Shown piece by piece: positions 28,102 through 37,220 of a stretch of DNA of 64,000 bases. How positions within the stretch are numbered: the first letter of the stretch is position 1; each line of letters opens with the position of its first letter. The notes below the pieces were generated by a model, which ran no database searches, was not told where the DNA came from, and worked only from the letters and a program-made list of their open reading frames with translations. The stretch comes from an uncultured Lachnospiraceae bacterium (GTDB taxonomy: Bacteria; Bacillota; Clostridia; Lachnospirales; Lachnospiraceae). The stretch lies in NCBI GenBank assembly GCA_947630085.1, contig CANRGP010000001.1:9232-73231 (forward strand), given 5' to 3'. The position numbers were made by a program, and so were the translations under genes.

Positions 28102-30081
28102 TTAATACGCTCGCACAACCGGCGCTTCCAGAGGATATCCGGAAAACTCCCCAACCAGATTTTCCACAAAAGGAAGCGCAAAAAACATATGTTTTCCACA
28201 GGCTTTTCCACAAACCTCCAGCTGATATGCGCAGAAATCCACAGAAAAATCTGTTTCTTCTCTTTGAATGTTCATTTCTATCAAATCCAGCATCCGCAGC
28301 TGCAGCTTCTGATTGTCGGTCAGGAAAAGCAGCAGTTTCAGATAGGTTTCGTAGGTCAGTCCCCTCTGCTGCGCCGATGATTCCGGACAGACGGCCTTCT
28401 GCCCCATGGTCAGAAGGTTCTCAAGAGACAGATTCCAGTCTCCCCGCTCCTTCCAGAGAGGAACTTTTCCGCCTGAAAACAGGATCCGCAGATCCATGAC
28501 GGCCTCGCCGACGGCCCACACCCCCATAATGAAGCAGGCGGTAATTTCAACAAGAGGCGCAATACCCGTAGCCCCTACGATCGTAAATGCCAGCGTCTTC
28601 GCCTCGGCCCGCTTGGACGGATCCGAAAGAATATGGATCAGGTTCAGCCCCTGTCTGACCGTCAAAAGCTGCGAAGCCGTCTCCTCCAGATTTCTCCGGT
28701 CGCTTTCCTGTCCGGCGATCAGATATTCCATTTCATATTGGACGGGATGCTCCTCCCGGCTCAAGGCATTGGTAAAGAAATGGGCGCAGTATTCATGGAT
28801 CAGCACCCGTTCCGGCAGATTCGGAGCCTCCAGGCTCTTTTCCCGCGAGACACGGGAAGGCAGTCCTGCAGTCGAAAATGAAGCATCGGAAATCTGCGCG
28901 CCCTCGGGGAGAACAAGTGCAAGGAGACTGCCCTGGGCAAGCGATTTTACCTGATCCAGAAATCCCCTCTTTTCCTGATCTTCCTCTCCCTTTTCCAGTT
29001 CCAGCGTTCCGGCTGTCCTTCTCTTCCATACTGCTTCTGCGTCCGCGAGAGAAAGCGTCACATTCTCGGCCGTCCGGCTGTCTGTTTCCTGATCTCCGGA
29101 GGCCGCATTCTCTGAGCCGCTGTTTTCCTCTCCGCCTGCGGTTTCTGTCTGTTCCTGTTTTTTTCTTTCATATTCCCGACGCGCCTCCTCCACCAGCGCT
29201 TCCGTCTCGTCCAGAAGCTCCAGATTCCGCTCCGCGTTTTCCCTCTGCTGAATGATCTCGTTCCGTCTCGCCCCGTCCTGGGCTATATATGTTTCATAAG
29301 GATCCATCTGTTCTTTCAGGAGGCCGGCCGTATCTTCCGTCAGATCCGGCCTTACCTCTTCAAGTCTGCTCCGTGTCTTCTCCAGCTTATTTCTCAGTTT
29401 TTCCGCCTGCCGGTCATATTTTTCCGTCAGTCCCGGCATACGCCCTGCCTCCTTTCGGAAGGATCCCGCATTTCTGCGAAATCCCTCCTCGTGGTCATCG
29501 GCCAGGCTTGAGGCAATCTCCGAAGCATACTTTTCCTGCGCTTTCACACATTCCGCGATCTCCTCCACCGTCTTCTCCAGCTTTCGGACCTCTTTTTCCG
29601 GCTCCTCGCAGGCGTCCGCAACGGCTCCGGCGCCCGCCGCTTCCTTTATGTCCCGGAAGAACGTTCCGCCCTCTTCCGGCGCGATATCGAGAAAGCTCCA
29701 GATCCCGCAGCGCATATAGTCCGTCACTTCCTTTGCGAAAAAGTCGCCTCCCCGGTCCGTCAGGCGGATGCAGTCCTCCACGTCCACAGATTCCAGCTCC
29801 ATGGGGTACCAGTTATCAGCATCCAGGTATTTTCGGATAACGGCTTCCGCCTGTTCGGCCAGTTCCGCCTCCGACTCAAAAGGCATTCCCAGGATCCGGT
29901 ACTCCTCCCACAGTTTTCGATGATACCGGCTGAACAGCGTATCCACCGAGGCATTCACCGCCGTCTGAAAGTAAAAGCGCGACCCGGCAAGTCTGGCCGA
30001 CTCCAGCATTACGCAGATAAGCGCGCAGATCACCAGCAGGCAGAGACTCAAAAACACGGTGATCTCGCCTCTTTTTTTCAC
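28102..30081 (-). CDS. DUF5702-like large Tad pilin-like protein
   Basis: KRG|EITVFLSL class III-like N-terminus; YEMEYLIAG motif. Confidence 0.75.
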   Translation of the reverse strand: MKKRGEITVFLSLCLLVICALICVMLESARLAGSRFYFQTAVNASVDTLFSRYHRKLWEEYRILGMPFESEAELAEQAEAVIRKYLDADNWYPMELESVDVEDCIRLTDRGGDFFAKEVTDYMRCGIWSFLDIAPEEGGTFFRDIKEAAGAGAVADACEEPEKEVRKLEKTVEEIAECVKAQEKYASEIASSLADDHEEGFRRNAGSFRKEAGRMPGLTEKYDRQAEKLRNKLEKTRSRLEEVRPDLTEDTAGLLKEQMDPYETYIAQDGARRNEIIQQRENAERNLELLDETEALVEEARREYERKKQEQTETAGGEENSGSENAASGDQETDSRTAENVTLSLADAEAVWKRRTAGTLELEKGEEDQEKRGFLDQVKSLAQGSLLALVLPEGAQISDASFSTAGLPSRVSREKSLEAPNLPERVLIHEYCAHFFTNALSREEHPVQYEMEYLIAGQESDRRNLEETASQLLTVRQGLNLIHILSDPSKRAEAKTLAFTIVGATGIAPLVEITACFIMGVWAVGEAVMDLRILFSGGKVPLWKERGDWNLSLENLLTMGQKAVCPESSAQQRGLTYETYLKLLLFLTDNQKLQLRMLDLIEMNIQREETDFSVDFCAYQLEVCGKACGKHMFFALPFVENLVGEFSGYPLEAPVVRAY

Positions 30082-30261
30082 CTAGTAAACCTCCTTGGCC
30101 TGATTATTGATCTGCTTGAAAATATTGTTTAACAGCGTCGTGATCTGTTTCTTAAAAATAATGACCATTCCCACCAGGACCACCAGGATCAAGACGATCT
30201 CAATGGTTCCCAACCCGCTTTCGTCGTTCCAGAACTCCTTACATTCCGTGATCAGATTCAT
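30082..30261 (-). CDS. flp: Flp1-family major pilin (59 aa, absent from ORF track)
   Basis: MNLITECKEFWNDESG|LGTIEIVLILVVLVGMVIIFKKQI...; SD AGGAGG upstream. Confidence 0.92.
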   Translation of the reverse strand: MNLITECKEFWNDESGLGTIEIVLILVVLVGMVIIFKKQITTLLNNIFKQINNQAKEVY

Positions 30262-30344
30262 ACTGTCTCCTCCTACAATAAAGTTGTGGTGGTTAGATAC
30301 CTAACAGCCAGTTAGGACTAACCGTTTCATTGCTTAATTTTACG

Positions 30345-31568
30345 TTATCCCATCGTCATCAGCGCCGGCACCATGATCATCACCATCACCACCAGAAGCA
30401 TCAGGATCAGCGGCAGCAGCAGCTTGGTTCCTGCCTCTTCTCCCATGCGTTTCGCCAGATTCTTCTGCTGCTCCCAGGCGGAGGTCATCTCCTGCTCCAG
30501 GAGCTGAACCAGATTCTTGGTCCCTGTCCTCCGGTTCTGCTCCAGCAATGTGCTCAGCTTCAGATAAGACGGGATCCGGCACCGTCTGCCGAACTCAATG
30601 ATAGCCTGTCCCTCCGGCACCCCGCAGCTGATCTGCGCCTGTGCATCGGCCATTTCCTCATAGGCAGGCTTCCTTGCGCATCTGTTTTTTGCCCGCCTTT
30701 CTTCATAGTTCAGAACGATCCGCTCCCATGCCCTCCCGACGGTAAGACCCGCTCCGATGAATACCATAAGCTGGTACACCACGTCCGCGTAATCCAGGGA
30801 CAGCTGCCGGCGGCGCTCCTTCTGCTTTTCCTCCTCTTTCTTCTTGTCCCGCATATACATAAGTCCTGCGGCCGCCAGCCCCAGAAACGGGATCGCGGCT
30901 GTCCCGGTCTGCAGCTGCCTGTAGGTAAGCCTGCTCCCTTCATAGCTTTCCGGGAGCTTCACGCGCTCGGATGCCGGGTCATTTTCGTCCGCTTTCCGGA
31001 TCTGACCGCAGACGGCCTCCCGAAGCTTTTCCTCCTCGCTTACGCTCCCGGGGAAAAGAACGACGGGAAAGCTTCTCGACTCCCGGTATGTGCCGTCTGT
31101 AAGCTCCACACTCAGCCATACCCGTATTCCCTCTGCCGGACAGTCTTGGGTCAGGATCTGACCGCTGCTGTCCAGGATATCCGGCGCGTCGCTGCTCCAG
31201 CTGGCGCTCACCCCCGTCCCTTCAAAAGAAGTCGGAAGGATCAGATCCGTCTCTATCCGGAGAAGCGACTGATTTTCTCCCAGGATCTGTTCGGGGAGGC
31301 CGTCAAATATCTCTTCAAAAACCTTCAGGGCCTGGCTCTGCGTATACCGTCTCGGCGATATCTCCACCTGACAGACAACCGGCTCCCCAAACGGTCTTTC
31401 CGCCAGAAATTCATAAGTTTTTGTATCCTCCCCGTATCCTCCCCGCTCCAGATATCCGTCCGAAACATCGCTGTTTTCCCCGCCGTTTAAGAGCGCCGCC
31501 GCATACAGCGCCAGTCCGGCGGCAATACATACAGCCTGCCATTTCCACTTTTTCCAAAAACCGGCCAT
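30345..31568 (-). CDS. tadC: TadC-like platform protein with extracellular Ig-like insert
   Basis: C-terminal T2SSF domain (GAGLTV...GEEAGTKLLLP). Confidence 0.8.
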   Translation of the reverse strand: MAGFWKKWKWQAVCIAAGLALYAAALLNGGENSDVSDGYLERGGYGEDTKTYEFLAERPFGEPVVCQVEISPRRYTQSQALKVFEEIFDGLPEQILGENQSLLRIETDLILPTSFEGTGVSASWSSDAPDILDSSGQILTQDCPAEGIRVWLSVELTDGTYRESRSFPVVLFPGSVSEEEKLREAVCGQIRKADENDPASERVKLPESYEGSRLTYRQLQTGTAAIPFLGLAAAGLMYMRDKKKEEEKQKERRRQLSLDYADVVYQLMVFIGAGLTVGRAWERIVLNYEERRAKNRCARKPAYEEMADAQAQISCGVPEGQAIIEFGRRCRIPSYLKLSTLLEQNRRTGTKNLVQLLEQEMTSAWEQQKNLAKRMGEEAGTKLLLPLILMLLVVMVMIMVPALMTMG

Positions 31569-31588
31569 CGATCATCCCCCTCTCATGC

Positions 31589-32473
31589 CTACGCGGGAAT
31601 ATCCAGGATCCGGCCGGCCAGCCAGCAGGAAAACAGATAGACGCACAGGCAGACCGTCATGACGGCACGCCCCATCACCGTCGTATACATTACGTCAAAA
31701 AATCCCTGCGACGTACTGTCAATATAAATCACCATCAGAACCGGCATCAGGTTCATGACCTTCTGTTCCAGCTTCCGGGACGCCGTCAGCGTCCGGATCT
31801 CCTCCTTCACCTGGAACCGGTCTTCCATCACCTGAACCGTATGTCGGATAATGGGAACCAGCTGTCCTCCGCTCCGTTTGGCGATTCGGAAGATTCGGGC
31901 AAAGTTTTCCGCCTCATCCAGTCCGCTTCGCTCCGCAAAACCGCTCATCAGTTCTTCGACCGGGCGGTTCATATGGATCTGCTGCGTCATATGCCGAAGC
32001 TCGCGGCACATGATTCCCTTTGCCCCATACATAAGCTCCAGCTCCCGCTCCGCGGCGGCTACTGCGTTTTCCACCGAAAGCCCGGCGCTCAGCGAAGCGG
32101 AAATCGCCTGGATCGCGTCCTTGAACTGTATCTCCAGCTGCCTGAGCCTCTTTTTCCGGAACCCGTCCTTTACGGCCCGCGGGATCACCATGAGGGAAGG
32201 GATCAAAAGGATCGCAAATGCCGCCCAGCTTCGGTAGCACACATATGCCCCCACTGCCGGCAGACCCACGGCGATTGCCGCGGCCTGCCCCCATTCCACG
32301 GGATTCATGCGGTATACGGCATGGTCGAAAAATCCCTCCTCCCCGCCCTCTTCACTCTTCCTCCCCTGCCGCCGCCAGCTTGCTCCGATTTTTAAGCTCA
32401 CCTGTTTTTTTAAGGATCCCATCTTCGAGCTTATAAAGCGTGTGAAGCCGGATCTCTCCTCCTTCAAAACCAT
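31589..32473 (-). CDS. tadB: TadB-like platform protein (start uncertain, probably about 32308-32335)
   Basis: QFKDAIQAISASLSAGLSVENA, KRSGGQL. Confidence 0.8.
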   Translation of the reverse strand: MVLKEERSGFTRFISSKMGSLKKQVSLKIGASWRRQGRKSEEGGEEGFFDHAVYRMNPVEWGQAAAIAVGLPAVGAYVCYRSWAAFAILLIPSLMVIPRAVKDGFRKKRLRQLEIQFKDAIQAISASLSAGLSVENAVAAAERELELMYGAKGIMCRELRHMTQQIHMNRPVEELMSGFAERSGLDEAENFARIFRIAKRSGGQLVPIIRHTVQVMEDRFQVKEEIRTLTASRKLEQKVMNLMPVLMVIYIDSTSQGFFDVMYTTVMGRAVMTVCLCVYLFSCWLAGRILDIPA

Positions 32474-33671
32474 CCACCTCCTCTATTCTGAGCACCCGCC
32501 TGCTCTTGTCTTTCAGCCTCCCTAAATGAATAAGGATATCAAGCGCCGACGCAATCTGTCCCCGGATCGCAGGAAGCGGAAGATCCGCTCCCATCAGAAC
32601 CATGGTTTCCAGCCTTGCCAGCATATCCGCGGGACTGTTCCCATGTCCGCTGCTCATGCCTCCGTCATGACCCGTATTGTAGCTGTTAAGGAGCTCCAGA
32701 GCCTCCTTGCCCCTGACTTCCCCCACAATGATGCGGCTGGGGTTCATCCGCAGCGAGGCCCGGATCAGGTCGCCGATCCCGATGGCTCCCTCTCCCTGGG
32801 AATTGGGCGCACGCGTCTCCATCCGCACGAGGTTCTTTACGTGCTGGATCTGAAGCTCCGCTGAATCTTCGATCGTAATCACGCGTTCATCCTCGGGGAT
32901 GTATGCGGAAAGCGCGTTCAGGAACGTGGTCTTACCCGAATTTGTCCCGCCGCTTATAAAGATATTGTAGCCGGCGCGAACAAGCTTCTTCAGGAAATCC
33001 GCGGCCTCCCGGCTTACCGCGCCGTTCTCCACCAGCATCTCCATCGTGATCACCCTGGGGAATTTGCGTATGGTCATGATCGGTCCATCCAGAGAGATGG
33101 GAGGAAGCACCACATGGACCCGGGATCCGTCCTCCAGCCGGGCATCCGCAATGGGAGCGGCCACATTCACAACCCTGTTGACGCGGCTCACCACCTGCTG
33201 GATCATATCCTCCAGCTGCTCGTCCGACTCAAATTCATATTCCCACGGGCGCATCCGCCCCATCTCCTCCACGAAAATGTGGTTTCGTCCGTTGATCATC
33301 ACCTCGGTGATGCCGGGATCGTCCATAACCTGCTGCAGGATGTCCAGCTTCCGGAAGGAATTGAACAGGGCGCTCCTCAGGGCAAGCCTGTCCTTCAGAG
33401 GCAGATATCCTTCCCGCCCGGCCGACATAATGTGCCGGTCGATGACTTCATACAGCTCCCCGTCGCTGATCTGCCGGCAGCCGCTTACCTCCTGCCTGAC
33501 ACTGTCCCGAAGAAGCCTTTTTCGCCGTTCCCACTCATTTTCCGCCGGTTTTTTGCCCTCCTCCCCCTCCTCCGGCAGATTCAGGAGGCCGTCCTCCCCG
33601 GCTTCCCCCTCCCGCACCCGTCCCCTCATCCGCCCCGCGGGCATTCCGTCCCTGCGTCTTTCCCGGTTCAT
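32352..33671 (-). CDS. cpaF: CpaF/TadA pilus assembly ATPase
   Basis: GGTNSGKTT, TIEDSAEL, IIVGEVRG, TGHDG. Confidence 0.93.
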   Translation of the reverse strand: MNRERRRDGMPAGRMRGRVREGEAGEDGLLNLPEEGEEGKKPAENEWERRKRLLRDSVRQEVSGCRQISDGELYEVIDRHIMSAGREGYLPLKDRLALRSALFNSFRKLDILQQVMDDPGITEVMINGRNHIFVEEMGRMRPWEYEFESDEQLEDMIQQVVSRVNRVVNVAAPIADARLEDGSRVHVVLPPISLDGPIMTIRKFPRVITMEMLVENGAVSREAADFLKKLVRAGYNIFISGGTNSGKTTFLNALSAYIPEDERVITIEDSAELQIQHVKNLVRMETRAPNSQGEGAIGIGDLIRASLRMNPSRIIVGEVRGKEALELLNSYNTGHDGGMSSGHGNSPADMLARLETMVLMGADLPLPAIRGQIASALDILIHLGRLKDKSRRVLRIEEVDGFEGGEIRLHTLYKLEDGILKKTGELKNRSKLAAAGEEE

Positions 33672-34681
33672 TTTTCCGTCACCCCTCTCAGAAGCTTTCT
33701 CACGTAATCTCCGGTTTCACTGCACAGGATCTGATCCATATAGTCCTGCCCCCGGCCGGGAGAAGGGCAGGGAGGCAGATCCACCTTCCGGATCATCTGG
33801 CGGATATCCTCCCGTCCCGTCTCGCGCAGATACTCCTCAAACTGAGCGATCCGCCCGGACGAATAAGCGTCGTTCTTTACCGGCATAAAAATCACATCGC
33901 AGCGGCTCAGGATCGGCACCAGGTTTTTAGCGGGCCTTCCCGCATCCACGATCACATAGCCGTAGCCGCTCCCGGAAGCGAGGCGGTCTATCAGCTCCCC
34001 GGCCTCTTCCCCGCTCATCTGTTCCAGATCCTCAGGATAGCGGATCGGCGCAATATAATCCATATCCCGCCAGGTGTAGACCAGGCTGCGCAGTCTCATA
34101 ACATGGAAATCGCCCTGGCGGAAAAAATAGATCACATCCGAAAGGTCGGAGCCGGAGCCGGATTCCGTCCCCAGAATACGCTCCAGGCCCGAAAATTCAT
34201 CAAAGCCCAGGTAGAGAGTCTTTCCCTCTCTGGCCAGCTGCTGGCCCATTATCAGGCACATGGAAGTTTTCAGGCATCTCCCGACCGGAGAATATACGCC
34301 GATCACTTTTGCGCGTCTGCCAAGCACCACATACGGATCCTCTACCGGCTGTCCGCAGTAGCAGGTCATCACATCCCGGATCACGCTGTCCGCGGACTGA
34401 TATTTATATACGCTGGGATAGGCTGTCTCCCCGGCCGGTCTTATCCTCCCCTCCGCCAGCGACACTACGGAGCGGGCGCGCACCCTGGCCGTAAGCTCCG
34501 GATCCGCCCGGGAGTTGATCAGAAGAATCTCTATCTGATGCTTTTCCGCAAATTCCTCCAACAGCTCCGGGGACGTAAACGGCACCACGGTAAACGGCAT
34601 TTTTTCTTTTTGGTTGACTACATCGGCAAATCGCTCGGCATAGTCGGTGTCAATGTCATAGACCGCCATGATTTTTTCCAT
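33668..34681 (-). CDS. CpaE/TadZ-like receiver + deviant ParA ATPase
   Basis: N-terminal receiver-like domain; IGVYSPVGRCLKTS; position upstream of cpaF. Confidence 0.75.
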   Translation of the reverse strand: MEKIMAVYDIDTDYAERFADVVNQKEKMPFTVVPFTSPELLEEFAEKHQIEILLINSRADPELTARVRARSVVSLAEGRIRPAGETAYPSVYKYQSADSVIRDVMTCYCGQPVEDPYVVLGRRAKVIGVYSPVGRCLKTSMCLIMGQQLAREGKTLYLGFDEFSGLERILGTESGSGSDLSDVIYFFRQGDFHVMRLRSLVYTWRDMDYIAPIRYPEDLEQMSGEEAGELIDRLASGSGYGYVIVDAGRPAKNLVPILSRCDVIFMPVKNDAYSSGRIAQFEEYLRETGREDIRQMIRKVDLPPCPSPGRGQDYMDQILCSETGDYVRKLLRGVTEK

Positions 34682-34723
34682 CGCAGTTTCTCCTTCCTCC
34701 TTTGTCGCTCCGATATACGGAAC

Positions 34724-35257
34724 CTATGGCGTTCCGACAAGCAGATACCACAGGTATCCGGCCAGAAGGCAGACGGCAAACGGGATAGCGGCCCCGTATC
34801 CGTCGCGCCCCGCGCAGTAGTACGGTACGATTTCTTTTGTCTGGAACAAACGTCTGAAATAGACGAACAGATATACAAGACGCTGCCGCAGATTTCTCTG
34901 CGCCAGCAGCTTCGCCAGTGCGAGAACCGCTCCCACGAAGCAGCCGTATGCAACGGCCCAAATTCCTTTGCCGAATCCCAGATACCCGACCATGACCGCC
35001 GTCAGCTTGATATCGCCCGCCCCGATCATCCGCAGCACAAAAAGAGGAAACAGAACGGCCGAGACCGTCAGGATCCGCAGGAGGAATTTCCCCGCCGCCA
35101 GATATTGTCCTCCCTCCGGGGCGGCCAGCGCAGTGATCCCCACGCCGCAGGCAATGGCCGTCAGGATCCATCCGTTGGGGATCCGGCGCTGCCTCACGTC
35201 AAACCAGGCTCCGCCGAATACGACGACCAGCAAAAGCCCTTCACCGGAAAAAATAAT
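34724..35257 (-). CDS. A24 prepilin peptidase (CpaA/TadV-like)
   Basis: WFDVRQRRIPN, IGAGDIKL, IPFA. Start either ATT 35257 (best SD spacing) or TTG 35233. Confidence 0.85.
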   Translation of the reverse strand: MIFSGEGLLLVVVFGGAWFDVRQRRIPNGWILTAIACGVGITALAAPEGGQYLAAGKFLLRILTVSAVLFPLFVLRMIGAGDIKLTAVMVGYLGFGKGIWAVAYGCFVGAVLALAKLLAQRNLRQRLVYLFVYFRRLFQTKEIVPYYCAGRDGYGAAIPFAVCLLAGYLWYLLVGTP

Positions 35258-35375
35258 ACACCACCTCCTGATTTTGAATTTTTAACAGGAATCTGTGCCC
35301 GAGCCGGGCGGTACATAACCGAAAACACTTTTGAATTGCATGAACTGCTGAAGCATGAATTGCTGAGTGGTTTTT

Positions 35376-35404
35376 ATGATAAACTTCCTGTCGGAAAATG
35401 TCAA
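35376..35404 (-). promoter_or_regulatory. SigA-type promoter of the Tad operon
   Basis: TTGACA-17 bp-TATCAT. Confidence 0.6.
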
Positions 35405-35478
35405 GCAAAAAAATAGCCAAAAAATCTCCCAAATTTTCTACAGAAAAAATTTTTCATCACTCAATCTTCACGGATTCA

Positions 35479-35507
35479 TTGACCATTGTCCATAAAAATG
35501 GTAGAAT
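35479..35507 (+). promoter_or_regulatory. SigA-type promoter upstream of the YaaL-like gene
   Basis: TTGACC-17 bp-TAGAAT with extended TG. Confidence 0.55.
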
Positions 35508-35588
35508 AGCTGCATAGGCGTTTTTTACGTATAAAGATTTCATTTTCCAGAAATACTATATTTATCAAATTTCGGGAGATGACTGACT

Positions 35589-35807
35589 ATGAGAAATCCG
35601 AAAAAACGCCGCCGCGCACTTCTTCGTATGGAACGGCAGCAGCTGATCGCGGAGATAGCAAGGACAAAAACCCACATCGATTCCGCAAGGAACCATTTTG
35701 AACAGGAAGTGGATCCGACGCTGATCGATTGCTATATATATGAACTGAACGCCGCGCAGCTTCGATATCAGTTCCTGCTGCGCCGGTTTAAAACCCTCGA
35801 GGCATAA
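35589..35807 (+). CDS. YaaL/DUF2508 family protein
   Basis: DPTLIDCYIYELNAAQLRYQFLL. Confidence 0.8.
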   Translation: MRNPKKRRRALLRMERQQLIAEIARTKTHIDSARNHFEQEVDPTLIDCYIYELNAAQLRYQFLLRRFKTLEA

Positions 35808-35877
35808 GCCCGTACCCCGCCGCGTCAGTCCCGTCCGTGAGATGTGCGTAAAATATGAATTCCGGAGGGAATGCCAC

Positions 35878-37215
35878 ATGACAGCCTGGTATGAGAAAAG
35901 TACATTTTATCACATATATCCCCTTGGCCTGACCGGAGCGCCGAAGCTGAACCCGGCGGACGGCCCGGCGGAATGCCGGTTCGGCGAGCTGATGCGCTGG
36001 ATCCCCTATCTCAGATCCATGAATTTCGGCGCCCTCTACATCGGGCCGCTGTTTGAATCTTCCACCCACGGCTATGATACCCGGGATTACCGCCTGGTAG
36101 ACCGCCGTCTGGGGACCAATGAGGATTTCCGGAAATTCGTTGCCCTCTGCCACGAAGCCGGGATCCGTGTAGTTGTGGACGGTGTGTTCAACCACACGGG
36201 CCGTGAGTTCTTCGCTTTTCGGGATATTCAGGAAAAAGGGCCGGGGTCTTCCTTCTGCGGCTGGTACCGCGGACTGAGCTTTGACTGGAGGAGCCCTTAC
36301 GGAGATGGATTCGGATACGAAGCCTGGCAGGGACACTACGAGCTTCCGTGCCTCAACCTTCAGAATCCTCAGGTCAAAGAATACTTATTTGATGTGATCC
36401 GCTTCTGGATCGATACTTTTGACATCGACGGGATCCGCCTCGACTGTGCGAACGTCTTGGATTTCGGTTTTATGAGAGAACTGCGGAGCCGGACGGAGGG
36501 CATGAAGCAGGACTTCTGGCTGATGGGGGAGGTTATCCACGGCGAATACGGCCGCTGGGTCAACGGGGAAATGCTCCATTCGGTCACGAATTACGAGCTT
36601 CACAAGGGACTCTATTCGGGCCACAATGACCACAACTATTTTGAGATCGCCCATACGGTCCGGCGGCTTCTTCCGCTGGACAGCCGGCTTTATACTTTCG
36701 TGGACAATCACGATGAGGACCGTCTGGCGAGCAAGTTAAGGGACCATCGTCATTTCTTCTCCGTTTATACGCTGCTTTTTACGCTTCCCGGGATCCCTTC
36801 CGTCTATTACGGGAGCGAGTGGGGGTTTGAAGGACGGAGAACGCGCGAAAGCGACGATATGCTGAGGCCCTGCGTTTCCATTGCGGACGAGCCGGGATAT
36901 CACACGGATCTGACCGACTATATCCGCACGCTCTGCATGATTCGGGCCCGGGAGGAAGCGCTGCAGACGGGGGCTTACCGGGAGCTTCTGCTGACGAACC
37001 GGCAGTATGCGTTCGCCAGGACCGGAAGCGGCTCCGCCATCATAACGGCGGTAAACAACGACGACAATCCGGCATTTATTTCCGTGCCGGTGCCGATTCA
37101 CGGTGAGGAGGCCGTGAACCTTCTGGACGGAACGGTACTGCCCGTCTGCGACGGGCGCATCGGGATCACAATCGAGGGCGGCCAGGGCGCTGTCTATAAA
37201 ATCAAGGGAGTATAA
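35878..37215 (+). CDS. GH13 alpha-amylase/cyclomaltodextrinase family protein
   Basis: HGYDTRDY, DGVFNH, GIRLDCA, GEVIH, FVDNHD. Confidence 0.9.
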   Translation: MTAWYEKSTFYHIYPLGLTGAPKLNPADGPAECRFGELMRWIPYLRSMNFGALYIGPLFESSTHGYDTRDYRLVDRRLGTNEDFRKFVALCHEAGIRVVVDGVFNHTGREFFAFRDIQEKGPGSSFCGWYRGLSFDWRSPYGDGFGYEAWQGHYELPCLNLQNPQVKEYLFDVIRFWIDTFDIDGIRLDCANVLDFGFMRELRSRTEGMKQDFWLMGEVIHGEYGRWVNGEMLHSVTNYELHKGLYSGHNDHNYFEIAHTVRRLLPLDSRLYTFVDNHDEDRLASKLRDHRHFFSVYTLLFTLPGIPSVYYGSEWGFEGRRTRESDDMLRPCVSIADEPGYHTDLTDYIRTLCMIRAREEALQTGAYRELLLTNRQYAFARTGSGSAIITAVNNDDNPAFISVPVPIHGEEAVNLLDGTVLPVCDGRIGITIEGGQGAVYKIKGV

Positions 37216-37220
37216 TCACT

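Noticed and set aside
30280-30340. c-di-GMP-II riboswitch upstream of flp
   Set aside because: Only AAGCAATGAA resembles the 5' motif; the downstream conserved elements are not visible.
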